DNA of 64,000 bases from a virus. Below the pieces are notes generated by a model that worked only from the letters and a program-made list of their open reading frames with translations, made no database searches and was not told the DNA's origin. The translations under genes and the position numbers were made by a program. This document shows, piece after piece, positions 63,425 to 64,000 of the stretch. The stretch's first letter is position 1. The number at the start of each line of letters is the position of its first letter. The stretch is taken from positions 30,823 to 94,822 of the IMG/VR virus record IMGVR_UViG_3300009059_000716, one strand, 5' to 3'.

Positions 63425-64000
63425 ATGGCAACAAAGAACATAAAAATTGACTTTACAGGACTAAGTTACGATAACACAAGCACGTTTTCGATAACCAGTA
63501 ACGCAGGAGACGGACCTGTAACTGTAGGATTTAACGATCTAACCAGTACGGGATCTGGATACCCTTTTTTAATTTCAGATTCAGCAACTAGTATCACTGT
63601 TGCCAGTACAAATGGAGTTTGTATTACTACCTCTGATACTGTTACTTTTGAGGCAGCTGGAATAACCCCAACACCTACTCAAACACCAGGAGGAACTCCA
63701 CCTGTAACACCAACAGGAACCCCTGCATCAACACCAAACAGTACTCCTGCATCAACACCAGGAGGAACTCCACCTGCAACACCACCTAGCACACCAGCAT
63801 CAACACCACCTAGCACACCAGGAGGAACTCCACCTGCAACACCACCTAGCACACCAGCACCTGCACCTGTTTCACCAACACCGACACAAACACTACCTCT
63901 ATACTACACATTAACCAAGTGTGAAGAGAACGGTACACAATCACCAGGATTTAGATCAACTCAAAATACATCTCAAATTAGTTTAAGTATAGGAGATAGA
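63425..64000 (+). CDS. 3'-truncated Pro/Thr-rich putative virion protein (not in ORF track)
   Basis: MATKNIKIDFTG...TPGGTPPATPPSTP...; open to window end. Confidence 0.7.
   Translation, partial: MATKNIKIDFTGLSYDNTSTFSITSNAGDGPVTVGFNDLTSTGSGYPFLISDSATSITVASTNGVCITTSDTVTFEAAGITPTPTQTPGGTPPVTPTGTPASTPNSTPASTPGGTPPATPPSTPASTPPSTPGGTPPATPPSTPAPAPVSPTPTQTLPLYYTLTKCEENGTQSPGFRSTQNTSQISLSIGDR
63755..63859 (+). repeat. 45-bp direct repeat, 60-bp period
   Basis: ACACCAGGAGGAACTCCACCTGCAACACCACCTAGCACACCAGCA at 63755 and 63815. Confidence 0.85.

Noticed and set aside
1-64000. Stop-codon reassignment, as seen in some Bacteroidota phages
   Set aside because: Recognisable genes are intact in the standard code, and TAA, TAG and TGA all occur as stops at tight gene junctions
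1-64000. tRNA, rRNA, integrase, transposase or reverse transcriptase (DGR/retron)
   Set aside because: No cloverleaf/T-loop pattern or corresponding protein motifs recognised by eye; a tRNAscan/HMM run would be needed to exclude them fully

Overview
AT-rich, densely coding, almost entirely + strand segment of a large lytic myovirus-like (T4-related/jumbo-type) phage genome. A Bacteroidota (probably Flavobacteriia) host is inferred from ~30 copies of a GTTG-N20-TAT(A/C)TT(A/T)A promoter resembling the Bacteroidota -33/-7 promoter, from the lack of normally spaced Shine-Dalgarno sites, and from lipoproteins with Bacteroidota-type signals. Layout: lysis module (0.6-1.9 kb); Cas4-like nuclease; ~10 kb glycan/nonulosonic-acid biosynthesis cluster (4.9-15.3 kb); accessory genes (IscA, HNH, GH73, FG-GAP lipoprotein); an unusual locus at 24.6-30.3 kb; thyA and an Fpr-type reductase; an array of small genes each with its own near-identical promoter/leader cassette (31.5-45 kb); an ori/terminus-like zone with helically phased heptamers, CpG-rich hairpin motifs and an AT-rich tract (43-48.3 kb); HD hydrolase; gp55-like sigma factor; and a baseplate/tail module with Pro/Thr-rich repeats (50-64 kb). 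Best candidate for an undescribed system: a circularly permuted ATP-grasp-like domain fused to three tandem Hint domains, followed by a 46-aa ORF, three 2OG-Fe(II) oxygenases and two DxD transferase-like proteins. All five 2OG oxygenases in the window, a GNAT and one transferase-like protein, at three separate loci, end in the same C-terminal tag [STC]-hydrophobic-[LI]-COOH. All assignments come from motif recognition by eye; no searches were run.
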